A stretch of 64,000 nt of DNA, taken from the human T2T-CHM13v2.0 reference genome, Homo sapiens. Under the pieces are notes generated by a model, which was not told where the DNA came from, made no database searches, and saw only the letters and a list, made by a program, of their open reading frames with translations. The stretch lies in NCBI RefSeq assembly GCF_009914755.1, contig NC_060927.1, one strand, 5' to 3'. The position numbers and the translations under genes are program-made. Shown in pieces: positions 39,978 to 61,913 of the stretch (position 1 is its first letter; each line of letters starts with the position of its first letter).

Positions 39978-40285
39978 TGAAAATTCTTTATATAGTCAAT
40001 TAGGTTCCTCTATTATTTTATAATTTCTGAGTTTGCTATGTTGGTGAAAATGGTATCCTCAGCCTTAAAGTTGCACATGTAATCTCCTATGTTTTCTAAT
40101 ATTTTAAAATCTTTTTTCCCATTTATCTTTCATGCATCTGAAATTTTTATAGAGACATTTGGATTATGTGGATTATAATCCAAAATGGCACATACGGATT
40201 GCCAATTGTTCCAGTACCATTTATTAAGAAACTATTCTTTTCCACTAGATTGGAATGCCATTGTTTTCATATATTAAATTCACTC
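39978..40285 (-). mobile_element. Old L1M ORF2-end fragment (continues at 46483-47755 and ~59955-61900)
   Basis: CCAATTGTTCCAGTACCATTTATTAAGAA...ATGCCATTGTTTTCATATATTAAATT. Confidence 0.6.
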
Positions 40286-46482
<6,197 letters not shown>

Positions 46483-47848
46483 TAAATTCACTCATGTATC
46501 AACATCTATTTCTGGGCTCTTATCTTTCTTTTTTTTTATTTTAATTTTTTAACAATGTGAGGCAAACTTCCTGAACATTATCTAATTTCATAATAATCTT
46601 GGCCATTCTCAGGCACTTATTCTTCCATAGCAATGTTAACATGATCCCCCACGCCAACTCTTCAAAACAAAAACAAATGAGAATTGATTGAATTGATATT
46701 TTGAGTGATATTAAGTCTTCTTTTCCAAGAACATGGTACATTTCAGTTTGATCAGATTTTGTCTTTCATTAAGGTTTGATACTTCTCTGAGCATACATTC
46801 TACACCATTTATGCCAGATTTATTTCAAAAATTTTATCATTTGTATCATTATGTGTACAGAATCATTTCTTATAGTTTGTTGTAACTAGTAGATAAGTCT
46901 GTTAACTTTGCATATTTATCTCTTATTAAGCTACTCTATTAACTCTATTACTAGCTAGTAGTTCTTTTACTAAACTCTGTTTGTGATATGTATACAATAA
47001 TGTTATCAATTGAAGGAAATTCTATTTTTGTAATATTTATTATTTTTATTTTACTTTTGAATTTACCTGAACTTCCAAAACAGTGTTGATTTTAATGGAA
47101 ATGGCTTTAGTGTTATACCACCAAAAGTGATGTTAGTTTTTGGTAAATAATTTGGTGTTAGTTTTTATAAGTAATTTTTATTATATTTAAGGAGTTTTCT
47201 TATATTCCTAGCTTCAACTATAGCTTTTATTAAGAATAGCTGCTGAATTTTATTGTGATTTTTGAAATTTATTAAAATTATCATAATATTTTTCTCCTTT
47301 AATGTGCTCATTAATCAATTACGTTTATAAATATCAGGCACAGGACCAACTATGCATTCCTAGAATAAACCCTACTTGATCATAAAATAATCTTCTTTTG
47401 AGGTACTGCTGGATTCTAATGGATAATATTTTATGTATCATTTTTATATTTGTCTTGACAAATGAGAATGGTGTCTAGCACATTTATTTTTCCATCATTT
47501 AATAAAGTTATTTTGCTAAGGTTATAGTTATGTCATAAAATAAATTACAAACACTTTCTTTCTCTAAATGGTTTGGAACAGTTTTAATAATATTGGAATT
47601 ATCTTTTTAAAACATATTAAATAAAACTCAGCTTTGAAACTATCTGGCAGATTTCAGATCAATTTTATATAATCTCTTCTTTTATAATTGGTTTAAATTT
47701 TCTATGTCTTGAGTTAGGATTGGTAGCTTATATTTTGCTATGAAATAATTCATTTTGAATTGAATGAAAATGAAATTACAATTTATCAAAATTTGTCGAA
47801 TGTAGCTAAAGTATTGCTTGGGGAAATGTATACCATTGAAAGCTTATA

Positions 47849-49032
47849 CAGTCATGCATCACTTAACAACAGAGACACATTCTAAGAAATGCATCATTAG
47901 GCAATTTCATTGTAGTGTAAACATCACAGAGTGTATATAAATCTAAATAGTATAGCCTACTACATACCTAGGCTATATAGCATAGCCCATTGCTCCTAGG
48001 CTACAAACCTGTACAGCATGTTACTGCACTGAATACTGTAGGCAATTGTAACACAATGGCATTTATGTATCTAAACATACGTAAACATAGAAAAGGTACA
48101 ATGAAAATACAGTATAAAAGATTTTTCAAACGGTATACCTGTGTAGGGCACTTACCATAAATAGAGCTTACAGGACTAGAAGTTGCTCTGGGTGAGTCAG
48201 TGAGTAAGTGGTGGTAAATGTAATGGCCTAGGATATTATTGTACACAACTGTAGACTTTATAAACAGTGTACACTTAGACTACACCAAATTTATTTTAAA
48301 ATATTTTTCAATAATAAATTAAACTTAGGTTACCATATCTTTTTTTGCTTTATAAGCTTTTAATCTTTTTAACTTTTGACTTTTGTAATAACACTTAGCT
48401 TAAAATACAAACACATTGTACCACTATACAAAAGTATTTTTTTATCCTTATTCTATAAGCTTTTTTCTATTTCTTTTTTACCTTTTAACTTTTTTGTTAA
48501 AAACTAAAACACAAACACACAAATACTTAGTTTTGTTAAAATCTAAGACACACCAGCCTAGGCCTACACAGCCTCAGAATCAATATCACAGTCTTCCACT
48601 TTCATATCTTGTCCTACTGGAAGGTCTAGAGGGACAGTAACAGGCATAGAGAGCTGCTATCTTCTATGAAAACAATGCCTTCTTCTGGGGTATCTTCTGA
48701 AGATCATGCCTGAGCCTATTTTACAGTTAAGTTTTTTTTAAATAGGAGTACACCCTAACATAATGAAAAAGAGTATAGTATAGTAAACACAAAAATCACT
48801 AACACGGCCATTCATTATTATGTACTATATATAATTGTATTGCTACACTTTTACACTACTGGCAACACAGTAGGTTTGTTTACATCAGCATCACAACAAA
48901 CACATGAATAATATGTAGTGCTATGCCCTTAAAATGGCTACATCACTAGGCAAGAGGAATTTTTCAGTTCCATTATAATCTTATGGGACTACTGATGCAT
49001 ATTGACCAAAATGTTGTCATGCAGCACGACTG
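47849..49032 (+). mobile_element. Tigger3b (Golem-type) DNA transposon, ~1.18 kb
   Basis: TIRs CAGTCATGCATCACTTAAC... / ...TTGTCATGCAGCACGACTG; TA TSD at 47847-47848 and 49033-49034. Confidence 0.9.
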
Positions 49033-51306
49033 TATTAGAAAAGAAGAAAAGTCTCAAATCACTAATCTAAGCTTCAACCTTAAGAAATTAGAGAGGAGGA
49101 AATGCCAACTCAAAGAAAACAGAAAAAAGAAATAATAAAGAGCAGAAATAAATGAATTTTTAAAAAAGAAAAAAAATCAATGAAACCAAAAGCTACTTTT
49201 AAAAAATTGTCAGTGAAACTGATAAATTTCTAGCTGGTTTGAGGAAGAAAAAAGAGGAAAGGACAAAATTATTGATATAAAAGAGGCCATCACTGCAAAG
49301 TCCACAGACATTAAAAAACACAAAACAACAACAAAAGCCCACAACACTAAGAGAATATTATGAAAAACTCTATGCCTATACATTTGAGAACTAAGATAAA
49401 AATTAACCAAATTCTTGAAAAGCACAAGTTATTAAAACTAAATTAAAGGAATAGATAACTGAGTGTCCTATGTTTATTAAAGGAGTTAAAGTTGTCATTG
49501 AAAATCCTTTCAGCAACAGTAAACAAAAAAACTTTAGGCCCAGATAGTGTCAACTAATAAATAAATCCACAAATACTTGTGGATGAAATATTATTTCTAC
49601 ACAATATCATTCAGAAAATGGAAGAGATCAATTTCTAACTCATTTAATGAAGCCAGCATTACCATAATTTAAAAACCAGACAAAGACATTACATGAAAAG
49701 AAAACTGAAGATCTTGGTCCCTCATGAATGTAGATGCAAATATCATCAACAAAATATTAACAAATCAAATATTACATTGCATAAAAAGGGCACTATATCA
49801 CAACCAAGTGGGATTTATCTCTGGAATGCAAGGCTGATTTGCCACATTAACAAACTGAAGCAGGAAAAATCACCTGATTAAATAGTTTGAAAAAATTGAA
49901 CAATATTCAACATCCATTCATGGTAAAGACTCTGATTAGACTTGGATAAAAAGAAAATTTACATAACATGATCAAGGACACTTGTATGAATCCTACACAA
50001 ACATAATATTTAATGGTGAAAAACTGAATATCCTCCCCTCCCCTAAGATCAGAAACAAAGCAAGGATGTCATTCTCACCACTTCTATTCAACACCATACT
50101 GACATTCTTAGCCAGTAAGACTTAAAAGGAAAAAAATAAAGCACATAGTTTGGAAAGAAAGAAATAAAACTCTCTGTAACCACAGTTCCCAAGATTTCTT
50201 ATGCAGAAGATTCTAAAGAATCTTTAAAAAAACCCATACATTTTAAAACTGTGAGTTTTCCAAAACACAAGTCAATTTTAAAAACTCAATTGTATTTCTG
50301 TATACTAACAGTAAATAATTAGAATTTAAAATAAAAAATGACTACATTTAATTATACCAAAAAAGAAAAATACACTTATGTATAATCATGTAACAAATTT
50401 TGTGCAGGAACTCTATGCTGAAAACCAGAAAATATTTGTGAAAGAAATCAAAGAATACCCAAACAAATGAAGAGATGTATTATGTTCATGGATTGAAAGA
50501 TTTAATACTGTTAAAAAAATATATTTCCCCCAATTTGGTCCCAGCCAAAATTCCAGTAAGCTTTTACACAGATATCCCCAAAATGATTCTAAAATATATA
50601 TAGAAAAACCGTGGAATCGAACAGCAAAAACAATTTTAAAAAAGAACAAGTTGGAGAACTCACACTATCTAACTTCAAGAATTATTGTAGAGCTATAATA
50701 ATCAAATCAGCGTGATATTAGTGAAAGATCAATAAAACTGAAGAGAGAGTTCCAAAATAGACCTATGCAAATATAGTCAACTGAATTTTTACAATGATAC
50801 AAACACAATTTAATGGAGCAAAAGTAGTATTTTAGCAAAGAGTGCAAAACAATTGGATATTCACATGCAAAACAATGAACTTTGGCCTGAATCTTATAAA
50901 CATTATATAAAAATTAACTCAAAAGTGATCTAGATCTAAATGCAAATGATAAAACTGCAATTTCTAGGAGACATCAGAGATTTTGGATTGGCAAAGCATT
51001 TTAAAAATATAGCAGTAACCACTAGACCAACCTTACGAGAGATCCTTAAGTAATTTCTAAACATGAAAATGAAAGAATGATATCTGCTACCACAAAAACA
51101 TGCTTAAGTACACAGCCCACAGACCCTATAAAGCAAGTACATAATAGAAACTACAAAGCAACCAACTAACAACTTCAAAGCAACTGGCTAATAACTTCAT
51201 GATAGGATCAAAACCTCACATATCAATATTAACCTTGAATGTAAATGGTCTAAACACCCCACTTAAAAGGCACGGAGTGGAAAGCTGGATTAAAAAAACA
51301 AGACCT

Positions 51307-51608
<302 letters not shown>

Positions 51609-52153
51609 CTATCTGTCTGCTGTCTTCAGGAGACCCATCTCACATATAATGATACCCATAGGCTCAAAATAAAAGGTTGAAGAAAGATCTATCATGACAA
51701 CAGAACACAAAAAGGAGCAGGGGTCACTATTCTTATATCGGATAAAACAGACTTTAAACCAACAGAAGTCAAAAGGAACAAAGAACGGCATTATATAATG
51801 ATAAAGGATTCAATTCAACAAGAAGACTTTGCCAAAATACTTACACACCCTACACTGGAATAGCCAAATTCATAAAAGGAGTACTTCTAGACCTACAAGA
51901 AGTCATAGACAGCCACAAAATAATAGTGGGGGACTTCAACACCCAACTGACAACATTCTGCCTTACTTCATCAAGGCAGAAAACTCACAAAGAAACTTTG
52001 GACTTAAAAATTTGACATTCGACCAATTAGATCTAGTAGATATACACAGAATACTCCACCCATCAACCACAGAATACACATTCTTTTCATCTACACACAG
52101 AACATACTCCAAGACTGACCACAGGCTTGGCCATAAAGAATGTTTCAATAAAA

Positions 52154-52228
52154 TTTTTTTTTTTTTTTTTTTTGAGACAGAGTCTCGCTGTCGCCCAGGC
52201 TGGAGTACAGTGGCACGATCTCGGCTCA
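52154..52228 (-). mobile_element. Severely 5'-truncated Alu (3' ~55 nt plus poly-A)
   Basis: T20-GAGACAGAGTCTCGCTGTCGCCCAGGCTGGAGTACAGTGGCACGATCTCGGCTCA. Confidence 0.9.
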
Positions 52229-54040
52229 AAATCATACCAACCATACTCTCGGATCTCAGTGCAATTAAAATAGAGATCAATACCAAGATATTTTAAAATC
52301 ACACGATTACATGGCAATTAAACAAATTCCACTTGAATGATTTTTGGGTAAACAACAACATTAAGGCAGAAATCAAAAAATTCTTTGAAAGAAATGAAAA
52401 CAGAGACACAACATACCAAAATCTCTAAGATGCAGCAAAAGCACTGCTAACAGGAAACATGAGAAAGATCTCAAATTAACAATCTAACATCACACAGAGA
52501 AACTAGGAAAACAAGAATAAACTCACCTCAAAGCTAGCAAAAGACAAGAAATAACTAAAATCAGAGCAGAAGTGAACAAAATTGAAACCCAAAAATCCAT
52601 ACAAAAAAATCAGTGAAACCAAAAGTGTGTTTTTTGAAATAATAAACAAGATTGCTAGAATGCTAACTAGATTGACAAAGAAAAGAGAGAAAAATCAAAT
52701 AAGCACAACCAGAAACAACAAAGTTGACATTACAACCTATCCCACAAAATACAAAAGATCATTAGATACTATTATGAACACCTCTATGCATACAAACTAG
52801 AAAATCTAGGGAAAATGGTAAATTCCTGGAAGCACACAACCTCCTACTATTGAATCAGGAAGAAATTGAAACCCTGAACAGACTAATAACAAGTTCCAAA
52901 ATTGAATCAGCAAGAAAAACCTACCAATCAGAAAAGCCCTGAAAAAGTAGGATTCACATCCAAATTCTACCAGATGTACAAAGAAGAGCTGGTACCAATC
53001 TTACTGAAACTCTTCCAAAAGGTGAGGAGTGACTCCTCCTTAACTCATTCTATGAAGCCAGCATCACCTTGATACTAAAACCTGACAAAGACACAGTGAA
53101 AAAAGAAAACTGCAGGCCAATAACCCTGATGATGCAAAAATGCTCAACGAAGTACTAGCAAACCAAATCCAGCAGCACATCAAAAAATTAGTTCACCATG
53201 ATCAAGTAGACTTCATTCCTGGGATGCAAGACCAGTTCAACAAACACAAATCAATACATGCATAATAAACAGAAATAAAAACAAAAACCATATGATCATC
53301 TGAATAGACACAGGAAAAACAACTTTTAGTAAAATCCAACACTCCTTCATGATAAAAACCCTCAAGAAACTAGATATTGAAGGAACATATCTCAAAATAA
53401 TGAGTCATTTGTGACAAACCCACAGCCAACATCATACTAAATGGGCAAAAGCTGGAAGCATTCCCCTGGAAAACTAAAACAAAACAAGGATGCCCATTCT
53501 TACCACTCCTATTCAACATAGTCCTGAAAGTCCTAGCCACAGCAATGAGGCAAGAGAAAGAAATATAAGGCATCCAAATAGGAAAAGAAGTCAAACTATC
53601 TCTCTTCACTGATGATATGACTCTCCACCTAGAAAACCCTATAGGCCATGCCAAAACTCTCCTGAACTGATAAATGACTTAGTAAAGTTTCAGGAAACAA
53701 AATAATATACAAAAATCCGTAGCATTTTTATACACGAATAACGTTCAAGCTGAATGCCAAATTCAGAACACACTCCCATTTACAATAGCCATAAACAAAA
53801 AAAATCTAGAAATACATCTAACCGAACAGGTAAAATATCTCTACAAGAACTACAAAACACTGCTAAAAGAAATTACAGGTAACACAAACAAATGGAAAAA
53901 CATTCCAAGCTCATGGTTTGGAACAATTAATATTGCTAAAATGGTCATACTCTCCAAAGCAATAGAAAGATTCAATGATATTCCTATCAAGTCTAACAAT
54001 GTCACTTTTCACAGAACTAGAAAAAAACTATTTATTCTCT

Positions 54041-55341
54041 AGGGACTAGCCAAACAAAAGGCAGCAGAAACCTCTGCAGACTTAAATGTCCCTGTCTGAC
54101 AGCTTTGAAGAGAGCAGTGGTTCTCCCAGAACGAGTTTGAGATCTGAGAACGGACAGACTGCCTCCTCAAGTGGGTCCCTGACCCCCAACTAGCCTAACT
54201 GGGAGGCACCCCCCAGGAGGGGTGGACTGACACCTCACACTGACACCCTCTGAGAGGAAGCTTCCAGAGGAACGATCAGGCAGCAACATTTGCTGTTCAG
54301 CAATATTCACTGTTCTGCAGCCTCCGCTGCTGATACCCAGGCAAACAGGGTCTGGAGTGGACCTCCAGCAAACCCCAACAGACCTGCAGCTGAGGGTCCT
54401 GACTCTTAGAAGGAAAACTAACAGAAAGGACATCCACACCAAAACTCCATCTGTACATCACCATCATCAAAGACCAAAGGTAGATAAAACCACAAAGATG
54501 GGGAGAAAACAGAGCAGAAAAGCTGAAAATTCTAAAAATCAGAGCGCCTCTCCCCCTCCAAGGAATGCAGCTCCTCACCAGCAACGGAACAAAGCTGAAT
54601 GGAGAATGACTTTGACTTTGATGAGTTGAGAGAAGAAGGCTTCAGACGATCAAACTTCTCCGAACTAAAGGAGGAAGTTGAAACCGAACTAAAGGAGGAA
54701 GTTCAAACCCATCTCAAAGAAGCTAAAAACCTTGAAAAAAGGTTAGACGAATGGCTAACTAGAATAACCAGTGTAGAGAAGTCCTTAAATGACCTGATGG
54801 AGCTGAAAACCATGGCATGAGAACTACGTGACGAATGCACAAGCTTCAGTAGCCGATTTGATCAACTGGAAGAAAAGGTATCAGTGACTGAAGATCAAAT
54901 TAATGAAATGAAGCAAGAAGAGAAATTTAGAGAAAAAAGAGTAAAAAGAAATGAACAAAGCCTCCAAGAAATATAGGACTATGTGAAAAGACCAAATATA
55001 TGTCTGACTGGTGTACCTGAAAGTGACAGGGAGAATGGAACCAAGTTGGAAAACACTCTGCAGGATATTATCCAGGAGAACTTCCCCAACCTAGCAAGGA
55101 AGGCCAACATTCAAATTCAGGAAATACAGAGAACACCACAAAGATACTCCTCGAGAAGAGCAACTCCAAGACACATAATTGTCCAATTCACCGAAGTTGA
55201 AATGAAGGAAAAAATGTGAAGGGCAGCCAGAGAGAAAGGTCGGGTTACCCACAAAGGGAAGCCCATCAGACTAACAGTGGATCTCTCGGCAGAAACTCTG
55301 CAAGCCAGAAGAGAGTGGGGGCCAATATTCAACATTCTTAA
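54041..55341 (+). mobile_element. L1PA5-like internal fragment (distal 5' UTR plus most of ORF1), no 3' end, flanked by a TSD
   Basis: TAGCCAAACAAAAGGCAGCAG...ATGGGGAGAAAAC (ORF1 start 54498)...CATTCTTAAAG; TSD AGAAAAAAACTATT 54019-54032 / 55342-55355. Confidence 0.9.
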
Positions 55342-56657
55342 AGAAAAAAACTATTCTAAAATTCATATGGAACCAAAAAAGAGGTCAAATAGCAAAGACA
55401 CTTCTAAGAAAGAAGAACAAAGCCAAAGGCATCACACTACCCAACTTCAAACTATAACACAAGGCTACAGTAACCAAAACAACATGGTCGTGGTACGAAA
55501 ACAAACACATAGACCAATGGAACAGAATATAGAACCAAGAAATAAAGCTGCATACCTACAGCCATCTGATTTTTAACAAAGTTGACAAAAATAAGCAATA
55601 GGAAAAGAACTCCCTATTCAATAAATGGTGATGGGATATCTGGCTAGCCATATGCAGAAGAATGAAGCTGAACCCTTACCTTTCACCATATACAAAAATG
55701 ATCTGAAGATGAAGTAAATATTTAAATGTAAAACCTCAAACTGTAAGAATCCTATAAGAAAACCAAGGAAATACCATTCTGGGCATCAGCCTTGGGAAAT
55801 AACTTATGAGTAAGTCCTCAAAAGCAATTGCAACAAAAACAAACATTGAGAAGTGGGACCTGATTATACTAAAGAGCTTCTGCTCAGCAAAAGAAATTAT
55901 CAACAGAGTAAACAGATAACATACAGAATGGGAGAAAATATTTGCAAACTATACATCCAACAAAAGTCTAACATCCAGAATCTGTAAGGAATTTAAACAA
56001 TTGAAACTGGGAATGATGAAAGTGATTACAAAGGGACAGCAGCACAAGGGTATTTTTTGATCAATGGAGCTGTTTTGTGTAACTGTACTTGTGGATATAT
56101 GGTTTATGCATTTGTTAAATACTAAATGGGCAAAAGAGTTCATTCAAAGAGTGAATTCTACTGTATGCAAATTTTAAAAATAAAACAAGATGTCAGCAAA
56201 ACCCAAGATGAAATGCAAACTATGACAAGTGAATCTAACCATATTACAATAAGTGACTTAGCCACACTGAAGGGGATGAGACAAAAAAGGAACTGACCTA
56301 AGTAAGTTTGCAAAAGGGTGTATTCACTGGGTACTGTTAAGGCTAAAATAAAGAAGAACTGTATACCAACACTGTGCTCTAGTTGGTCAACTTGTCTCTC
56401 AGGAAAGTATGGGTTAGCAAGTCTGAAACTATTTTACGTATAACAAATACGTAAACATATTTTAGATTACAAAAAGCAGTTTTCTTACTGTTAGAGGAAG
56501 AAACTATAAGCAAATTACAAATGCTAGAATGAACTGTTTGGTGCTAGATTAGAGTTGAAAATTTTAATACGAACTTGTGTTTTTTTTTTTCAAAACTGTA
56601 TGTATGTTTACGTGTGTATGTATGAATATAAAACTAGCAAAATAATACGTATTTTAA

Positions 56658-58459
<1,802 letters not shown>

Positions 58460-59071
58460 ATATAGATGTATGTGTTAATATATATTTATATGTTTTCCAG
58501 GTCTGTCTAGAAGTAGAGACACCTTAGAAGCAACAAGCATATCTAGTGCTGAGATCTTGGTTTTACATACAATCCTCTAATATAAGGAACCAGACTTTCA
58601 TTGAAGAAATGGTCAAGTCCAGGGGTATGGACAAGAGCATACAAGCATCTTGTCATGTCAAAAATTAAGTGCTAAAACTTAAACAAAAATTAAAAGTATA
58701 GTCATGTCAAAAGGACATAGAAGCCAATCTGGTGGACCTCCTAATGAGCAAATATGGAATAATTTGAACAAATGATAGTATTGGATAATGGGTCAGAAAA
58801 TAAAATAAATATCCATGAATCCATACTGATACAAATAAATGATTGAATCAATAAATAGAGGATCAAGAAAAGTTCTTCACAAGAATTTCAATTAATAATT
58901 GTAGAAGGAATGAAGAAAATAGAAAACCACCATTAAAAAAACACTACAGTAATAATCAATGCACGCAATATCCTCCAATGAATGCTAAAATTAGTAGGTG
59001 AAAGTTTAATGAGAAATGGGATTATCCGAGTAGCCTCAAAGTTATCTTCCTCCCAAATATTTATTAATTTT

Positions 59072-59373
59072 TGTTTGTTTGTTTGTTTTGAGACAGAGTC
59101 TTGCTCTGTCGCCCAGACTGGAATGCAGTGGCCTGACCTCGGCTCACTGCAAACTCCGCCTCCCAGGTTCACGCCATCTATTCTCCTGCCTCAGCCTCCC
59201 AAGTAGCTGGGACTACAGGCGCCCACCACCACGCCCGGCTAATTTTTTGTATTTTTAGTAGAGATGGGGTTTCACCGTGTTAGCCAGGATGGTCTCAATC
59301 TCCTGACCTCGTGATCAGCCTGCCTCGGCCTCCCAAAGTGCTGGGATTACAGGCGTGAGCCACCGCACCCGGC
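59072..59373 (-). mobile_element. AluY
   Basis: CCGTGTTAGCCAGGATGGTCTC, GGTTCACGCCAT; TSD ATATTTATTAATTTT 59057-59071 / 59374-59388. Confidence 0.95.
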
Positions 59374-60350
59374 ATATTTATTAATTTTAAAGAGAAAAAT
59401 GGTAAGGTTGGAGTGGAAAAAATCTGTCAGACACCACTTTAACCAAGTGATCAAGGTTAACATCACCAGTAAAAAACCGTATCAACAGCATATACCCACT
59501 GATATGAGGTACTGAGGAGGGCAAATTCCCCAAAATCCGTAACTTGAATCTGATCACAAGAAAACATCAAACAAACCCAACTTGGGAGACATTTTATGAA
59601 GTACCTGGTCAGTACTCCTCAAACGTGTCAAGGTCAAGAAAGACAAGGAATGACTGAGAAATTAGCACCAACTGGAGACTAGTGAAATCTGACAACTAAC
59701 TGGCAATGTGGTATCCTGGATTAGGTGCTGAACAGACACACTACACACATACAAAGAACATTAGTGGAAAAACTGGTGAAAACTAAATAAAGTCTGTAGT
59801 TTAGTTAATAGTATTATGCCAATGCTAATTTCTTATTTTTGATAGTTGTACCATGGTCACGTGGGGAAGGCTGGATGAAGGGTAGATAGGAACTCTTTGT
59901 ACTACGAAACCCCTCAATAAGTCTAACCTTTTTCCAACTAAAATGTTAAAAATAACATTTTAGTTATAGTTATTCTTTAGTTATAAAGAATTATATCTAT
60001 ATCTCTCTGGCTGATACATTGTTTAGTATATATAGCTTTATGAGTTTTTGTGATTTTTGAAAACTCTACCTTTATAATCATATAACATCCTTTTTAACCT
60101 ATTTAACATAATTATTCTTATATTCCACCCTACCTGGTATTAATATTTGTTTTAATTTGCCTTGCATTTTTCACCCCCCCCCCCAACAAAGGTACATCCG
60201 CTTTACCCTAAATGTTCTTTATCACTTTAAATGTCAAGTAATGTAAAACAAATTATTAAAAAAATTAAAAAAAATTAAAACAAAACAAAGGATGTGTAGT
60301 GCTCAGTGTTTTAAACCCAGTCTAGTAGTGTCTCCTATGAGGAAAATTTA

Positions 60351-60442
60351 TTAGGTTGGTGCAAAACTAATCGCGGTTTTTGCCATCGCTTTTACTTACC
60401 TTTAATGGTAAAAACTGCAATTATACTTTTGCACCAACCTAA
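60351..60442. mobile_element. MADE1 mariner-derived MITE (palindromic)
   Basis: TTAGGTTGGTGCAAAA...TTTTGCACCAACCTAA inverted termini; TA TSD 60349-60350 / 60443-60444. Confidence 0.95.
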
Positions 60443-61913
60443 TAGTTTATTTACATTTGGAATAAAAGCCGATATACTTAATTTTATTTCAAGCAATTTT
60501 ATATATACTCTTTATTTCATTTGTCACTTTTTCCTTTTACTTTTCATTATTAGTTCTAATGTGATGCTATTACTATTTTTTCATATATTAATTTGCATGT
60601 TCTATTACACTTTAATTACACTTTTATGACACATATAAAATACACATTTTGTGCTACTGTTCTATAGATACCAACTCTTTCTACCACCAATGTGCTCACT
60701 TCTATCACTGTCCTCCTCCATCCCAATATAATGAGACAGTTAGAATAAGTTTTACTTTTTTACTTCCCCCTTCCAGATGAGGTCAAATTAGAATGCTTTT
60801 ATTCCCATACCTCAACCCCATTTCCTACGTTTTGCTGAAATTCCAGATTTTGGTTACATTTTCTCTTGAAGTATGTCTCTTTTATTTAGAAAATCCTAAT
60901 TTGGTAGTTACAAACATCAGCATTCACACCGAAATTATATATTTAAATTAAGCTACACACATGGCACGGTTCATTGCTTGCTGCTCTCATTTTCTTTCTT
61001 CATCTTCTCTTTCAGTAGGTCTCTGCTCTGCTCATTTGTTTGGCTAGAATTCTTTCTCAAACATTTTATTCAGATATATATGCAGACAGTGTATACTCTG
61101 ACTTCTTGGATTTCAGCAAATATTTTTCTTTTACCCTGATAGGTAAATGATATCTTGGCTAGGACTGGAATCCCTGGGTTGCAGTCATTTTTTTCTCATG
61201 ATCTACAGATATTACATAACCATCTCTGTCTTCCAGTCTGATCCACTCTGATTCTTTTTCAGTTTAAAAAAATTTGCTCTGTTTGAAAGTTTGTAAGATG
61301 TTCTCATTATCTTTTAAGTTCAGGACTTTTTCTAGAATGCGCATATGTGTATTCTTATTTATTAATCCTGCCTGAAACTTGAATTTATGGATTCAGTCTG
61401 TGTTATGTCTGCCTTCAGCTCGGGGATATTTTTTCTTATTATTTGTTTAATTATTGCTTCGCCATGTGTTCTTTGGTTCTCCTTCTGGAACTCTTATTAT
61501 TTTTATGTTAGAGCTTCCGGTTCTGAACCCTAGATCTTTATTTTTTCTTCTCTGTCTTTTTGCTGGGGGAAACATTCCCCCTACTTTATCTTCTAGACTA
61601 CCAATTTGAGTCTCAATAGTGATCATCCTCTTACTCAGTTCCTCTTACTAGTTTTAATTCATGTCTTTCTTCTAGAAATTATTTCACTGCTATGATTAAA
61701 GCTCTATAATTGCTGTATTTTTTTGTGCATGTGCGATCGTCCCATCCAGCGGTTCCATTCCATCAGAACTTCCCATTTTGGGCTTTTGGTTTTTCCTCTA
61801 TCCTTCTGTCTACTGACTTTATTAATTAGAACTCAGATCTAGCTGGTGATCTTAAGTTATGGCAATCTCAAGACCGATGGACTGGTGGTATATCATTCAG
61901 AAAGTTGTCAGTC

